Of a stretch of DNA of 64,000 bases, positions 13,801-24,239 are shown piece after piece. The notes beneath the pieces were generated by a model, which did no database searches, was not told where the DNA came from, and saw only the letters and a program-made list of their open reading frames with translations. A program made the position numbers and the translations under genes. The stretch is from Hypanus sabinus (Eukaryota): positions 133,920,001 to 133,984,000 of the forward strand of contig NC_082707.1 in NCBI RefSeq assembly GCF_030144855.1, in the 5' to 3' direction. Each line of letters begins with the position of its first letter. The stretch's first letter is position 1.

Positions 13801-15320
13801 TTTCGGACCTTGCCCTTTACGCACTGAGATGTCTCTGAATTCTCTGAATCTTTTCACAATATTATCTACTGTAGATGTTGAAAGACCTAAATTCTCTGCA
13901 ATCTTGCGTTGGGAAATGTTCCTTTTGAACTGACTAACAATTCTCTCATGAATTTTGGCACAAAGGGGTGAGCCACGACCCATCCTTGCTTGCAAAGACT
14001 GAGCCTTTGATGGATGCTACTTTTATACCCAGTCATGATACCTCACCTGCTACCAATTAGCCTGCTTAATTTGGAGTCTTCCAAACCAGTGTTACTTGAA
14101 TATTATGTGCACTTTTCAATCTTACTTTAACTCTGTCCCAACTTTTGTTCAGTGTGTTGCAGCCATCAAATTCTAAATTTGTGTATATTTACAAAATACA
14201 ATTAAGTTGGTCAGTAAAACTATTGAAAATCTTTTCTTTGTACTTTTGTTAAATAAGGGTTCATCACAGATTTTTGTTTTTATTGCATTTTGGAAAATAT
14301 CCCAACTTTTCTGGAAATGGGGTTTGTAGATAAGACTACAAAAGGAGAGGCTGTACTTGATCTGGTATTGGGAAATGAACCTGCTTAGGTGTCAGGTCTC
14401 TCGGGAGAGCATTTTGGAGATAGTGACCACAATTCTATCTCCTTTACCATAGCATTGGAGAGGGACAGGAAAAGACAAGTTAGGAAAGCGTTTAATTGGA
14501 ATAAGGGGAAAAATGAAGCTATCAGGCAGGAACTTGAAGCATAAATTGGGAACAGATGTTCTCATGGAAACGTACAGAAGAAATGTTGCAGATGTTCAGA
14601 GGATATTTGCGTGGTGTTCTGCATAGGTACGTTATAGCTGGACAGGGAAAGGATGGTAGGGTACAGGAACCATGGTGTACAAAAGTTGTTGAAAATCTAA
14701 TCAAGAAGATAAGCTTACAAAAGGTTTAAAAAAAAGAGGTAATGATAGAGATCTAGAAGATTATAAGGCTAGCAGGAAGGAGCTTCAGAATGAAATTAGG
14801 AGAGCCAGAAGGGGCCATGAGAAGGCCTTGGTGAGCAGGATTAAGGAAAACCCCAAGGCATTCTACAAGTATGTGAAGAGCAAGAGGATAAGACGTGAGA
14901 GAATAGGACCAATCAAGTGTGACAGTGGAAAAGTGTGTTTGGAACCAGAGGAGATAGCAGAGGTACTTAATGAATACTTTGCTTAAGTATTCACTACAGA
15001 AAAGGACCTTGGCGATTGTAGGGATGATTTACAGCAGGCTGGAGCATATAGACATTAAGAAAAAGGATGTGCTGGAGCTTTTGGAAAGCGTCAAGTTAGA
15101 TAAGTCATTGGGACTAGATGAAATATACCCCAGGCTACTGTGGGATATGAGGAAGGAGATTGCTGAGCCTCTGACAATGATCTTTGCATCATCAAAGGGG
15201 ACAGAAGAGGTCCCGGAGGATTGGAGGGTCACAGATGTTGTTCCCTTATCCAGGAAAGGGAGTAGGGATAGCCCAGGATATTGTAGACCAATGAGTCTTA
15301 CTTCAGTGGTTGGTAAGATA
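10900..15320 (+). mobile_element. CR1 LINE A, 5' part (5'UTR, ORF1 Zn-finger + SGNH esterase, ORF2 EN to RT start), interrupted by a Tc1 element
   Basis: CQMW...CTRC; VIGASIVR...CLPGARV...VHIGTN; IFYRPP; DFNF.NIDW; PEDWRVTDVVPL...RPMSLTSVVGK; many stops and frameshifts. Confidence 0.9.
12741..14326 (-). mobile_element. Tc1 (DD34E, Minos-like) DNA transposon with nearly intact transposase, nested in CR1 A
   Basis: TA TSD; near-identical long TIRs caaaccccatttccagaaaagttgggat; transposase 13983-12961 with WSDES, QQDNARPH, SPDLSPIEN (34-residue D-E spacing). Confidence 0.95.
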
Positions 15321-18300
15321 TAACCATGTAACAGTTACAGCATGGAAATAGGCCATCTCGGACCTTCTAGTCCGTGCTGAATGTTTACTCTCACCTAGTC
15401 CCACTGACCCTCCATTTCTTTCCTGTCCATATACCTATCCAATTTTTTTTAAATGACAATATCGAACCTGCCTCTACCATTTCTACTGGAAGCTCAATCC
15501 ACACAGCGACCACTCTCTGAGTAAAGAAATTGCCCCTCGTGTTACCCCTAAACTTTTGCCCCCTCACTCTCAACTCATGTCCTCTTGTTTGAAACTTCCC
15601 TACTCTCAATGGAAAAAGCCTATCCACGTCAACTCTATTTATCCCCCTCATAATTTTAAATACTTCTATCAAGTCCCCCTTCAACCTTCTACGCTCCAAA
15701 GAATAAAGACCTAACTTTACCGTTCTCTGTAACTTAGGTGCTGAAACCCAGGTAACATTCTAGTAAATCTCCTCTGTATTGTCTCTGATTCGTTGACATC
15801 TTTCCTATAATTCGGTGACCAGAACTGTACACACTAATCCAAATTTGGTTTCACCAATACTTTGTACAATTTTAACATTACATCCCAACTTAAGAGACTG
15901 CTAGACAGGTATATGGAGGAATTTAAGGTAGGGGGTTATATGGGAGGCTGGGTTTGAGGGTCGGCACAACATTGAAGTAATGTGCTGCACTATTCTATGT
16001 TCTATGTTCCTATACTCAATGCTCTGATTTATAAAGGCCAGCATATCAAAGGCTTTCTTCACCACCTTTTCCACATGAAATTCCACCTTTAGGTTCTACA
16101 GCATTCCTGAATGCCCTACCATTTACCATATATGTCCTATTTTGATTAGTCCTATCAAAATGTAGCACCTCACACTTATCAGCATTAAACTCCATCTGCC
16201 ATCTTTCAGCCCACTCTTCTAACTGGCCTAAATCTCTCTGCAAGCTTTGAAAATCTGCTTCATTATCCACAACGCCGCCATTTATCTTAGTATCATCTGC
16301 ATACTTACTAATCCAATTTACCACCCCATCATCCAGATCATTAATGTATAATGACAAACAGCTTTGGACCCAGTACAGATCCCTGAGGCACACCACTAGT
16401 CACCAGCCTCCAACCTGACAAACAGTTATCCACCACTACTCTATGGCATCTCCCATCCAGCCACTGTTGAATTAATTTTACTACTTCAATATTAATACGT
16501 AACAATTGAACCTTCCTAACTAACCTTCCGTGCGAAACCTTGTCAAAGGCCTTACTGAAGTCCATATAGACAACATCCACTGCTTTACCCTCGTCAACTT
16601 TCCTCACAACCTCCTCAAAAAATTCAGTAAGATATGTCAAACATGACCTTCCACGCACAAGTCCTTGTTGACTGTTCCTAATGAGACCTTATCTATCCAG
16701 ATAATTATATATACTATCTCTAAGAATACTTTCCATTAATTTACCCACCACTAACGTCAAACTTACAGGCTGTTAATTGTTAGGTTTACTCTTAGAACCT
16801 TTTTTATACAATGGAACCACATGAGCAATACGCCAATCCTCTGGCACCATCCCCAATGACATTTGAAATATTTCTGTCAGAGCCCCTGTTCTACACTAAC
16901 TTTCCTCAAGGTTCTAGGGAATATCCTGTCAGGACCTGGAGACCTATCCACTTTTATATTCTTTAAAAGCACCAGTACTTCCTCTTCTTTAATCATCATA
17001 GTTTCCCTAACTACCCTACTTGTTCCCCTTACCTTACACAACTCAATATCCTTCTCCATAGTGAATACCAAAGAAAAAAAATTGCTCAAAATCTCCCCCA
17101 TCTCTTCTTTTGGCTCCACACATAGCTGTCCACTCTGATTCTCTAAGGGACTAATTTTATCCCTCACTATCCTTTTGCTATTAATATAACTGTAGAAACC
17201 CTTTGGATTTATTTTCACCTTACTTGCTAAAGCAACCTCATATCTTCTTTTAGCTTTTCTAATTTATTTCTTAAGATTCTTTTTACATTCCTTATATTCC
17301 TCGAGCACCTCGTTTACTCCATGCTGCCTGTATTTGTTGTAGATCTCTCTCTTTTTCGGAAACAAGTTTCCAATATCCGTTGAAAACCATGGCTCTCTCA
17401 AACTTTTAACCTTTCCTTTCAACCTAACAGGAACATAAAGATTCTGTACCCTCAAAATTTCACCTTTAAATGACCTCCATTTCTCAATTACATCCTTCCC
17501 ATTAAACAAATTGTCCCAATCCACTCCTCCTAAATCCTTTCGCACCTCCTCAAAGTTAGCCTTTCTCCAATCAAAAATCTCAACCCTGGGTTCAGTCCTA
17601 TCCTTTTCCATAATTATATTGAAACTAATGGCATTGTGATCACTGGACCAGAAGTGCTCCCCAACACATACCTCCGTCACCTGACCTATCTCATTCCGTA
17701 ACAGCAGATCCAACACTGCCCCTTCTCTAGTTGGTAACTCGATGTATTGCTGCAAAAGACTACCCTGCATACATTTTACAAACTCCAAACCATCCACCCC
17801 TTTTACACAATGGGGTACCCAGTCTATGTGTGGAAAATTAAAATCTCCCACAATCACAACCTTGTGCTTACTACAAATATCTGCTATCTCCTTGCAAATT
17901 TGCTCCTCCAGTTCTCACTCCCCATTAGGTGGTCTATAATACACCTCTATAAGTGTTACTACACCTTTCCCATTCCTCAATTCCACCCAAATAATCTCCC
18001 TAGATGAGCCCTCTAATCTATGCTGCCAAAGCACCGCTGTAATATTTTCTCTGACAAGCAATGCAACACCTCCCCCTCTTGCCACTCCGATTCTATCACA
18101 CCTGAAGCAATGAAATCCAGGAATATTTAGTTGCCAATCACACCCCTCCTGCAACCGTGTTTCACTAATAGCTAGAATATCATATTTCCAGGTATCAATT
18201 CATGCTCTAAGCTCAGACACCTTTCTTAAAATGCTCCTAGCATTAAAATAAATGCATTTAAGAAATTCTCCACCTCTTACTCTCTGTTTATCTCTAATGG

Positions 18301-19081
18301 TGCAAACAATTTTACTATCTTTTTCTTCCTTCTCCCCTACATCTTCGGTCTGAGCGCTCCCCTTCTCTATCACCTGCCTTCCTCAATCACACACTGCTAT
18401 AAGCTTTCTCTATTTGTGAACTAACCTCCTCTCTACTAGTCTCTTCAATTTGATTCCCAGCCCCCAACCATTCTAGTTTAACGTCTCCCCAGTAGCCTTA
18501 GCAAATCTCCCCACCAGGATATTGGTCCCCCTGGGATTCAAGTGTAACCCGCCCTTTTTGTACAGGTCACACTTGCCCCAAAAGAGATCCCAGTGATCCA
18601 GAAACTTGAATCCCTGCCCCTTGCTCCAATCCCTCAGCCACGCATTTGTCCTCCACCGTATTCCATTCCTGCTCTCACTGTCACATGGCACAGGCAGTCA
18701 TCCCAAGATTACTACCTTTGTGGTCCTTCTTCTCAATTCTCTTCCTAACTCTCTATATTCTCCTTTCAGGACCTCTTTCCTTTTCCTACCTATGTCATTG
18801 GTACCTATATGTACCATAACCTCTGGCTCCTGACCCTCCCAATTCAGGATATCTTGGATGCGATCAGAAAAATCCCGGACCCTGGCATCAGGGAGGCAAA
18901 CTACCATCTGGGTCTCCTGACTGTGTCCACAGAATCGACTATCTGACCCCTTAACTATCGAGTTCCCTATTACTGCTGCCTTCTTCTTCCTTTCCTTACC
19001 CTTCTGAACTTCAGGGCCAGACTCTGTGCCGGAGGCACGGCCACTGTTGCTTCCCTTGGGTAGGCTGTCTTTCACCCCCCC
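15321..19081 (-). mobile_element. CR1 LINE B (part of ORF1, complete-length degraded ORF2, 3' tail), inverted relative to CR1 A
   Basis: SGNH motifs, EN (YYRPPN, GDFNFPHIDW, SDHNAI), RT (YMDFSKAFDKV, GVPQGSVLGP, YADDTK), C-terminus LKGDLIEVFK, FFTQRVV. Confidence 0.92.
15891..16008 (+). mobile_element. short CR1 3'-end fragment nested in CR1 B
   Basis: KRLLDRYM-like codons then 3'UTR ending (ttctatg)n; CR1 B sequence is continuous on either side. Confidence 0.75.
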
Positions 19082-19085
19082 AATA

Positions 19086-19447
19086 GACCTGATAGAGGTG
19101 TATAAGATGATGAGAGACATTAATCATGCCGATAGTCTAAGAGGCTTTTTCCCAGGGCTGAAATGGCTAACACGAGAGGGCAGGGTTTTAAGGTGTTTGG
19201 AAGTACATAAAGAGGGTATTTCAGGGTACGTTTTTTTACGCCGAGAGTGGTGACTGTGTGGAATGGGCTGCCGGCGACTGTGGTGGAGGCAGAAACAATA
19301 GGGTCTTTTAAGAGGCTCCTGGATAGGTACATGGAGCTTAGAAAAATGGAGGGCTCTGGAGAACCCTAGGTAATTTCTAAAGTAAGGACATGTTCAGCAC
19401 AGCATTATGGACCAAAAGGCTTGGATTGTGCTGTAGGTTTCTATGTT
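19086..19447 (+). mobile_element. CR1 3' end, probably the tail of CR1 A
   Basis: DLIEVYKMMR...; tail tttctatgtt; closely resembles the 3' end of the A-family copy at 54917-55300. Confidence 0.75.
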
Positions 19448-19694
19448 GGTTTATAAATGTATGAAGTCTAGGAGCCTAACCCTAGCATTTGTCTTCGCCT
19501 TATTCACCTCTCAGCATTAAATGCTTCAATAAAACTAACATGAGATAAAAGAAAGTATTTGATGAAGTTATTTAGAAGTTTATTCTAAAAACTATGATAG
19601 TATTTATGGATAAATCTCTGAAACTTGTCAAGGAACACTTTAATGTATTTTGACTAATTTCAGGATTTCTGTGTCTTGCTCCCTTCCTCACTAG

Positions 19695-19862
19695 ACTATG
19701 ACAATGATGAAATCTTGACATATGAAGAAATGTCACTGTATCACCAACCTGCAAGTAGGAAACGGCCAATAGTTTTAATTGGCCCAGTGAACTGTGGCCA
19801 GAATGAACTGCGGCAGAAGCTGATGGAAAGGGAGGCTGATCGTTTTGCTCCGGCAGTGCCCC
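19695..19862 (+). CDS. PALS1: PALS1 coding exon (start of guanylate kinase-like domain)
   Basis: ctag| ... |gtaagt; 168 nt, (D)[55 protein letters not shown]. Confidence 0.96.
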
Positions 19863-19938
19863 GTAAGTTACCTGTACTATTTTGGTTTAACTGTAGTGTT
19901 TGTTATGAACTCTCTAACCTATATTCTTAAACTTGTAG

Positions 19939-20141
19939 ATACAACACGGCCCATGAGAGATAGTGAGGTGAATGGACGTGATTATCTCTTTGTGGCACGT
20001 CAGTTTTTTGAAGCTGACATTGCCACCAACAAATTCATCGAATATGGAGAATATGAAAAAAATTTGTATGGTACCAGTATTGATTCAGTACGACAAGTGA
20101 TTAACTCTGGGAAGATATGCTTGTTAAATTTGCACACACAG
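19939..20141 (+). CDS. PALS1: PALS1 coding exon (GK domain)
   Basis: tgtag| ... |gtaagc; 203 nt, (H)[18 protein letters not shown]...[25 protein letters not shown]; preceded by a 76-nt intron. Confidence 0.96.
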
Positions 20142-20771
20142 GTAAGCAATAAAGTGTGTGAGCTAATCCACAGCAATGCAGTATTTTTATTAAGAAATTT
20201 GAAGAGCAATACCAGTGAGATAATTGTTGCATAAATAGGATTAACAATATAAAGAAAGAATATTTGGTTCCTTAGAACTCATGATTAGTGATTTACCACA
20301 AAACCAAAAAGTGGACATGCTTTGTCACCTATCACTGGTAGATTTCCATTGATGGAAGAATTAAAATGTTATTATTTAATATCATGATAATTTTGTACAA
20401 AAGAATATTACTTTCATATTGAATGGATTAAAAATAATAGGTGCATTGGAGACAACTGGGAATAAAAGATTTACTAGGAATGTTGTAGCAACAACTGAAA
20501 GAGTTTAAATTGGGCCATGTAGAATGCTTAAGGAAACAATTGTTACCAACAGTAAAACCAGAACATGAAAATGTTACTTCTATAGGTCCATTATTTTTCT
20601 TAAAAATCCAATAAAAATGTTTTTTTAAATCATCACTTTTTGTTCTAAAGCTGTCCTGATTTTGCATAGATTTTATCAAATTTACAGTGAAGGCTTAACT
20701 ATCCACATGAAAGTACTTGCACACCATCTTATTGTTTAAATGATCTGTAGCAAACACAATGTTACTTTGGA

Positions 20772-20850
20772 TCGGAGTTCCCAACCTTTTTATACCCTGT
20801 ACAAACACCACCAAGCAAGGGGTTCATAGACCCCAGATTGAAGCCCCTGC
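20772..20850. mobile_element. small hAT/Charlie-like MITE remnant
   Basis: gttcccaaccttttt ... gcccctg termini; related partial copy at ~43677-43743 ending gggaacccctg|ctctagac. Confidence 0.5.
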
Positions 20851-20992
20851 ATTAGATGGAGTGGTCCAGGGGTTTCAATTAATTCATAGTTCCACAAGGT
20901 GAATTTCAATGAAAGAGAAATAAACAATATAACAAAATACCCAGAAAGAATTGGTCATTTTTAAGCTTGCTGCTTTTTTTTCTATTCTACAG

Positions 20993-21103
20993 TCTCTGAG
21001 GATTCTGCGCAATTCTGACTTAAAGCCGTACATAATCTTCATTGCACCACCTTCCCAGGAACGATTGCGTGCGATGCTTACCAAAGAGGGGAAAAATCCT
21101 AAG
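20993..21103 (+). CDS. PALS1: PALS1 coding exon (GK domain)
   Basis: polypyrimidine tract-ctacag| ... |gtagta; 111 nt, [37 protein letters not shown]. Confidence 0.95.
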
Positions 21104-22664
21104 GTAGTATTTTTCTATAGGTCATGAGAAGCCCCTCATTAAATCTTCATTTTCATCAGGTTCCTGTGTACTTTTTCTTAGAAAAAAAAGTTGTATTATG
21201 TGTAGGTCAAGAACTAGCAGCAATAATAACTCCTTATATTCATTGCAATGTATTTTAGATTTCTCCAATTAAACATGCACAGTTATTCAACATTCTAGTC
21301 TTTTTTTGATCATTGTCAACAAGTTTAGCAGTTGTTAGAGAGCAAAGAAGAGTGCTGTAAAATCTCCCACAATTCCATGAAGCATGACCTTGAGCTCCTT
21401 ACTCTCCTTGTTCTTGTTAACATTTCATTCACCCATGAGAATGTAAAAATAAGAATGATCCATTTAGCTCATCCATCTAAATGCCATACAGTAATATCAT
21501 AGCCAAACAAAACATCTGTCTAGTTTCTTTATCCGATAATTATCATAATTCTGGTTATCATAAGCCCATCAATTTTAGATTTAATATTACCTGCTGTTCG
21601 CAGGGAAAAAATAATCCAGATTTCTACATGCTCTGTATGGGAATGTTTCTCAATTTTTCCTGAATGCCCTAGACTTTATTGTAAGACAATATCCACAGAT
21701 TTTCCCATTCTAGCTGAAATGGTAATCCATCTTGCTGTGTGAAATTTTGTGTAGAATTAAACACTCTTTTCCTTCCATGTTCCATTATCTGCAATCCTAG
21801 TAGGATCTCACTTCTAAATTTAAGCCTTGATGTCTAGACATCGTTCATCGTTCTTCCTCCCTCCAGGACCAAGAAATTTAGATGTCATCAAATTTGGGGT
21901 TTGGTATAGATCAGCATTACTTCTGTCCTTTCTGGTTCTCTGGATATAAAAGGTCAGCATTTCATTAGCTATTGAAGTATTTTCTATGCCTGTCCATGGC
22001 ATTTTACTGAACAATGAACACCACTATCCTTTTCTCCCCTAACCCCTCACCCCAATCTGAGCCAGGGAGCCAGACTCTGTTCAGAAACCTGGTCACTGTG
22101 GCTCTCTCCAGTAGGTCATTCCTATCCCACCTCCTACCCCTAACAGTATCCAAAGTTGGTATACTTGTTATTAAGGGGTTTGTTGTTCAGTCATTAAGTT
22201 GAGTTCAACTCTTCATGACCTCATGGACTATACAGTAGACATGGAAGGAGTTTGCCAGGCCCTTCTTCCGCGCAGATACTGCTGCTCCCCAGGTTGGGAC
22301 CCGGCTGGGTTTATTGGAGGGCATCAGAAGCAGAGAGGCAAGTAAGTTAATTGTAAAATTGAACATTATTTGGGATACTGTAATCCAGGTTTTAAAAAAA
22401 TGCATTTCTATAATTGATAGAGAGGGAAATGTGATCTGTCCATGTGTGACAGTGATGTCAGGGTGTTGGTTCAGAAAGAACTTTAAGGTACTTGCCTCAC
22501 AGTTTGTCTGAAAAACTGGAGTGAATACATTCAATTTTACCTTGAGTCTACTAACATTCTAATAAACCCTTTAATGATTTAATTTAATATACAGCAGGTA
22601 ATCTTTTGCTTTGTAAATGCTGTTGTGAGAACTATACCAAACATCTTTCATTTTTATTTTGTAG

Positions 22665-22841
22665 CCTGAAGATTTGCGGGATATCATAGAAAAGGCCAGG
22701 GAAATGGAGCAGAACTATGGACACTATTTTGATGCAGCAATTGTTAATACAGACTTGGAAAAGGCATATCAAGAGTTAATTCGCCTCATAAATAAACTTG
22801 ACACAGAACCTCAGTGGGTCCCGTCTTCATGGCTTCGATGA
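22665..22841 (+). CDS. PALS1: PALS1 last coding exon
   Basis: ttttgtag|; [61 protein letters not shown] at 22839-22841; typical MPP-family C-terminus. Confidence 0.97.
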   Translation, partial: PEDLRDIIEKAREMEQNYGHYFDAAIVNTDLEKAYQELIRLINKLDTEPQWVPSSWLR

Positions 22842-24062
22842 AAACAAATAACAGGACTTTTTTTTAATGAAAGTTTATCAGATGTTTAACTCGAGCAGTA
22901 GAGGGTGGGGTTGGCAGGGATCGACTATTCGACATTCCAGTTTATGCCAGAAATTGGCAGTAGAAATACTTGTATAATTACTATTATGGAAGCTCTATTT
23001 ATAATGTAAATATAGATGCTCTTCTGTCATTAGCTATCTCTGAATCGCACTGTATATATTCATGTCTTCAAACTACAGATTTAACCTTTTTAGGTGCAGT
23101 ATTTTTTATTTTGTTTAGGTTACAGCCTTGATCGATGATAATTTGTAAAAAACACTGTCCAAGGCCTTCTTATGAGAAAAGTATGCCTATATTTTTTATG
23201 GAAAATAGAATTCACGAATTCCACAGCATAGATTTTTTTACATTATAATAGATTCTGGTTCGTCGTAACAGAAAGACACTTTAGTTTTGGGCAGTTTTGC
23301 TCAGTTGAAAGACTTGATGATTTGTTTTTAAAGAGTGTATATGTGTGAACCTAATTTGTGCAGACTAATACATTGTCTCTAATGATCAGCAAGTTTGATC
23401 ATGGACTGGAGTAGAATTATTGAATGTAACTACTGTACATAGTTAATAATTGGCACAGCGTACATCCTAAGCAGCTGCCTTTTCAAAGCGCAATCATCAA
23501 ATGTGAATATTTTAATTAAAATGACTGAGTCTGGAAAATCTTTTACATGAAATCTAGATAGTAATGAAATTTCTCTTATTTTTGAGAATGGCTTTTAAAC
23601 ACTGGAATTTAATGACACTTTCTAGCAAAAATATGCTGAACAATTTATGAATGATGCATGTTTTATTTTTGTTTTATGCAGATAATTTTTCCAGTATTAA
23701 ACCTGCAGAGATATTGGAGATAGTGCATTTGATATCTATTTGTTTGTATAAAGCAAAGCAGCATGTTTGAAAGGGGTCAAGTATTAATAGCTGTATAAGT
23801 AATTGGGATATTTAATTTTATCGATGGATCAGCAGTCGAGGTTTGATAACATGCCAATTTATCTGACACCCTTCATGCTTTTGAAATCCTTTGGGCAAAT
23901 GTTTGGATGTGCCATGTGCAAATTATGCATATTTTAACATGAGGAGTCTATCCATATTCAGGGTACGGCCTCAGCTGGCAATGTATCTACACTCTAATTA
24001 TAGAAATCATTTCCAGACACTTGACCACACAGAATAATGTAAAAGTGTATTTGTAGATTTTC

Positions 24063-24068
24063 AATAAA
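24063..24068 (+). promoter_or_regulatory. candidate PALS1 polyadenylation signal AATAAA
   Basis: AATAAA ~1.2 kb into the AT-rich, repeat-free sequence after the stop; ATTAAA variants occur earlier. Confidence 0.4.
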
Positions 24069-24239
24069 ACAAAATCACTCCTGCCTGATTTGGAGCTCAT
24101 TAAAGTGAAGTGCATTTTTTTAAATCTTGGAAAGGTCAGAAAGGGCATTGGTAAGAATAAAGTCATCCAGAACTTGAAAGTTTGATACTTAATTATTGAA
24201 AGTTGAAAGGATTAGGAGAATTTTGAAAATCAGAATTCT

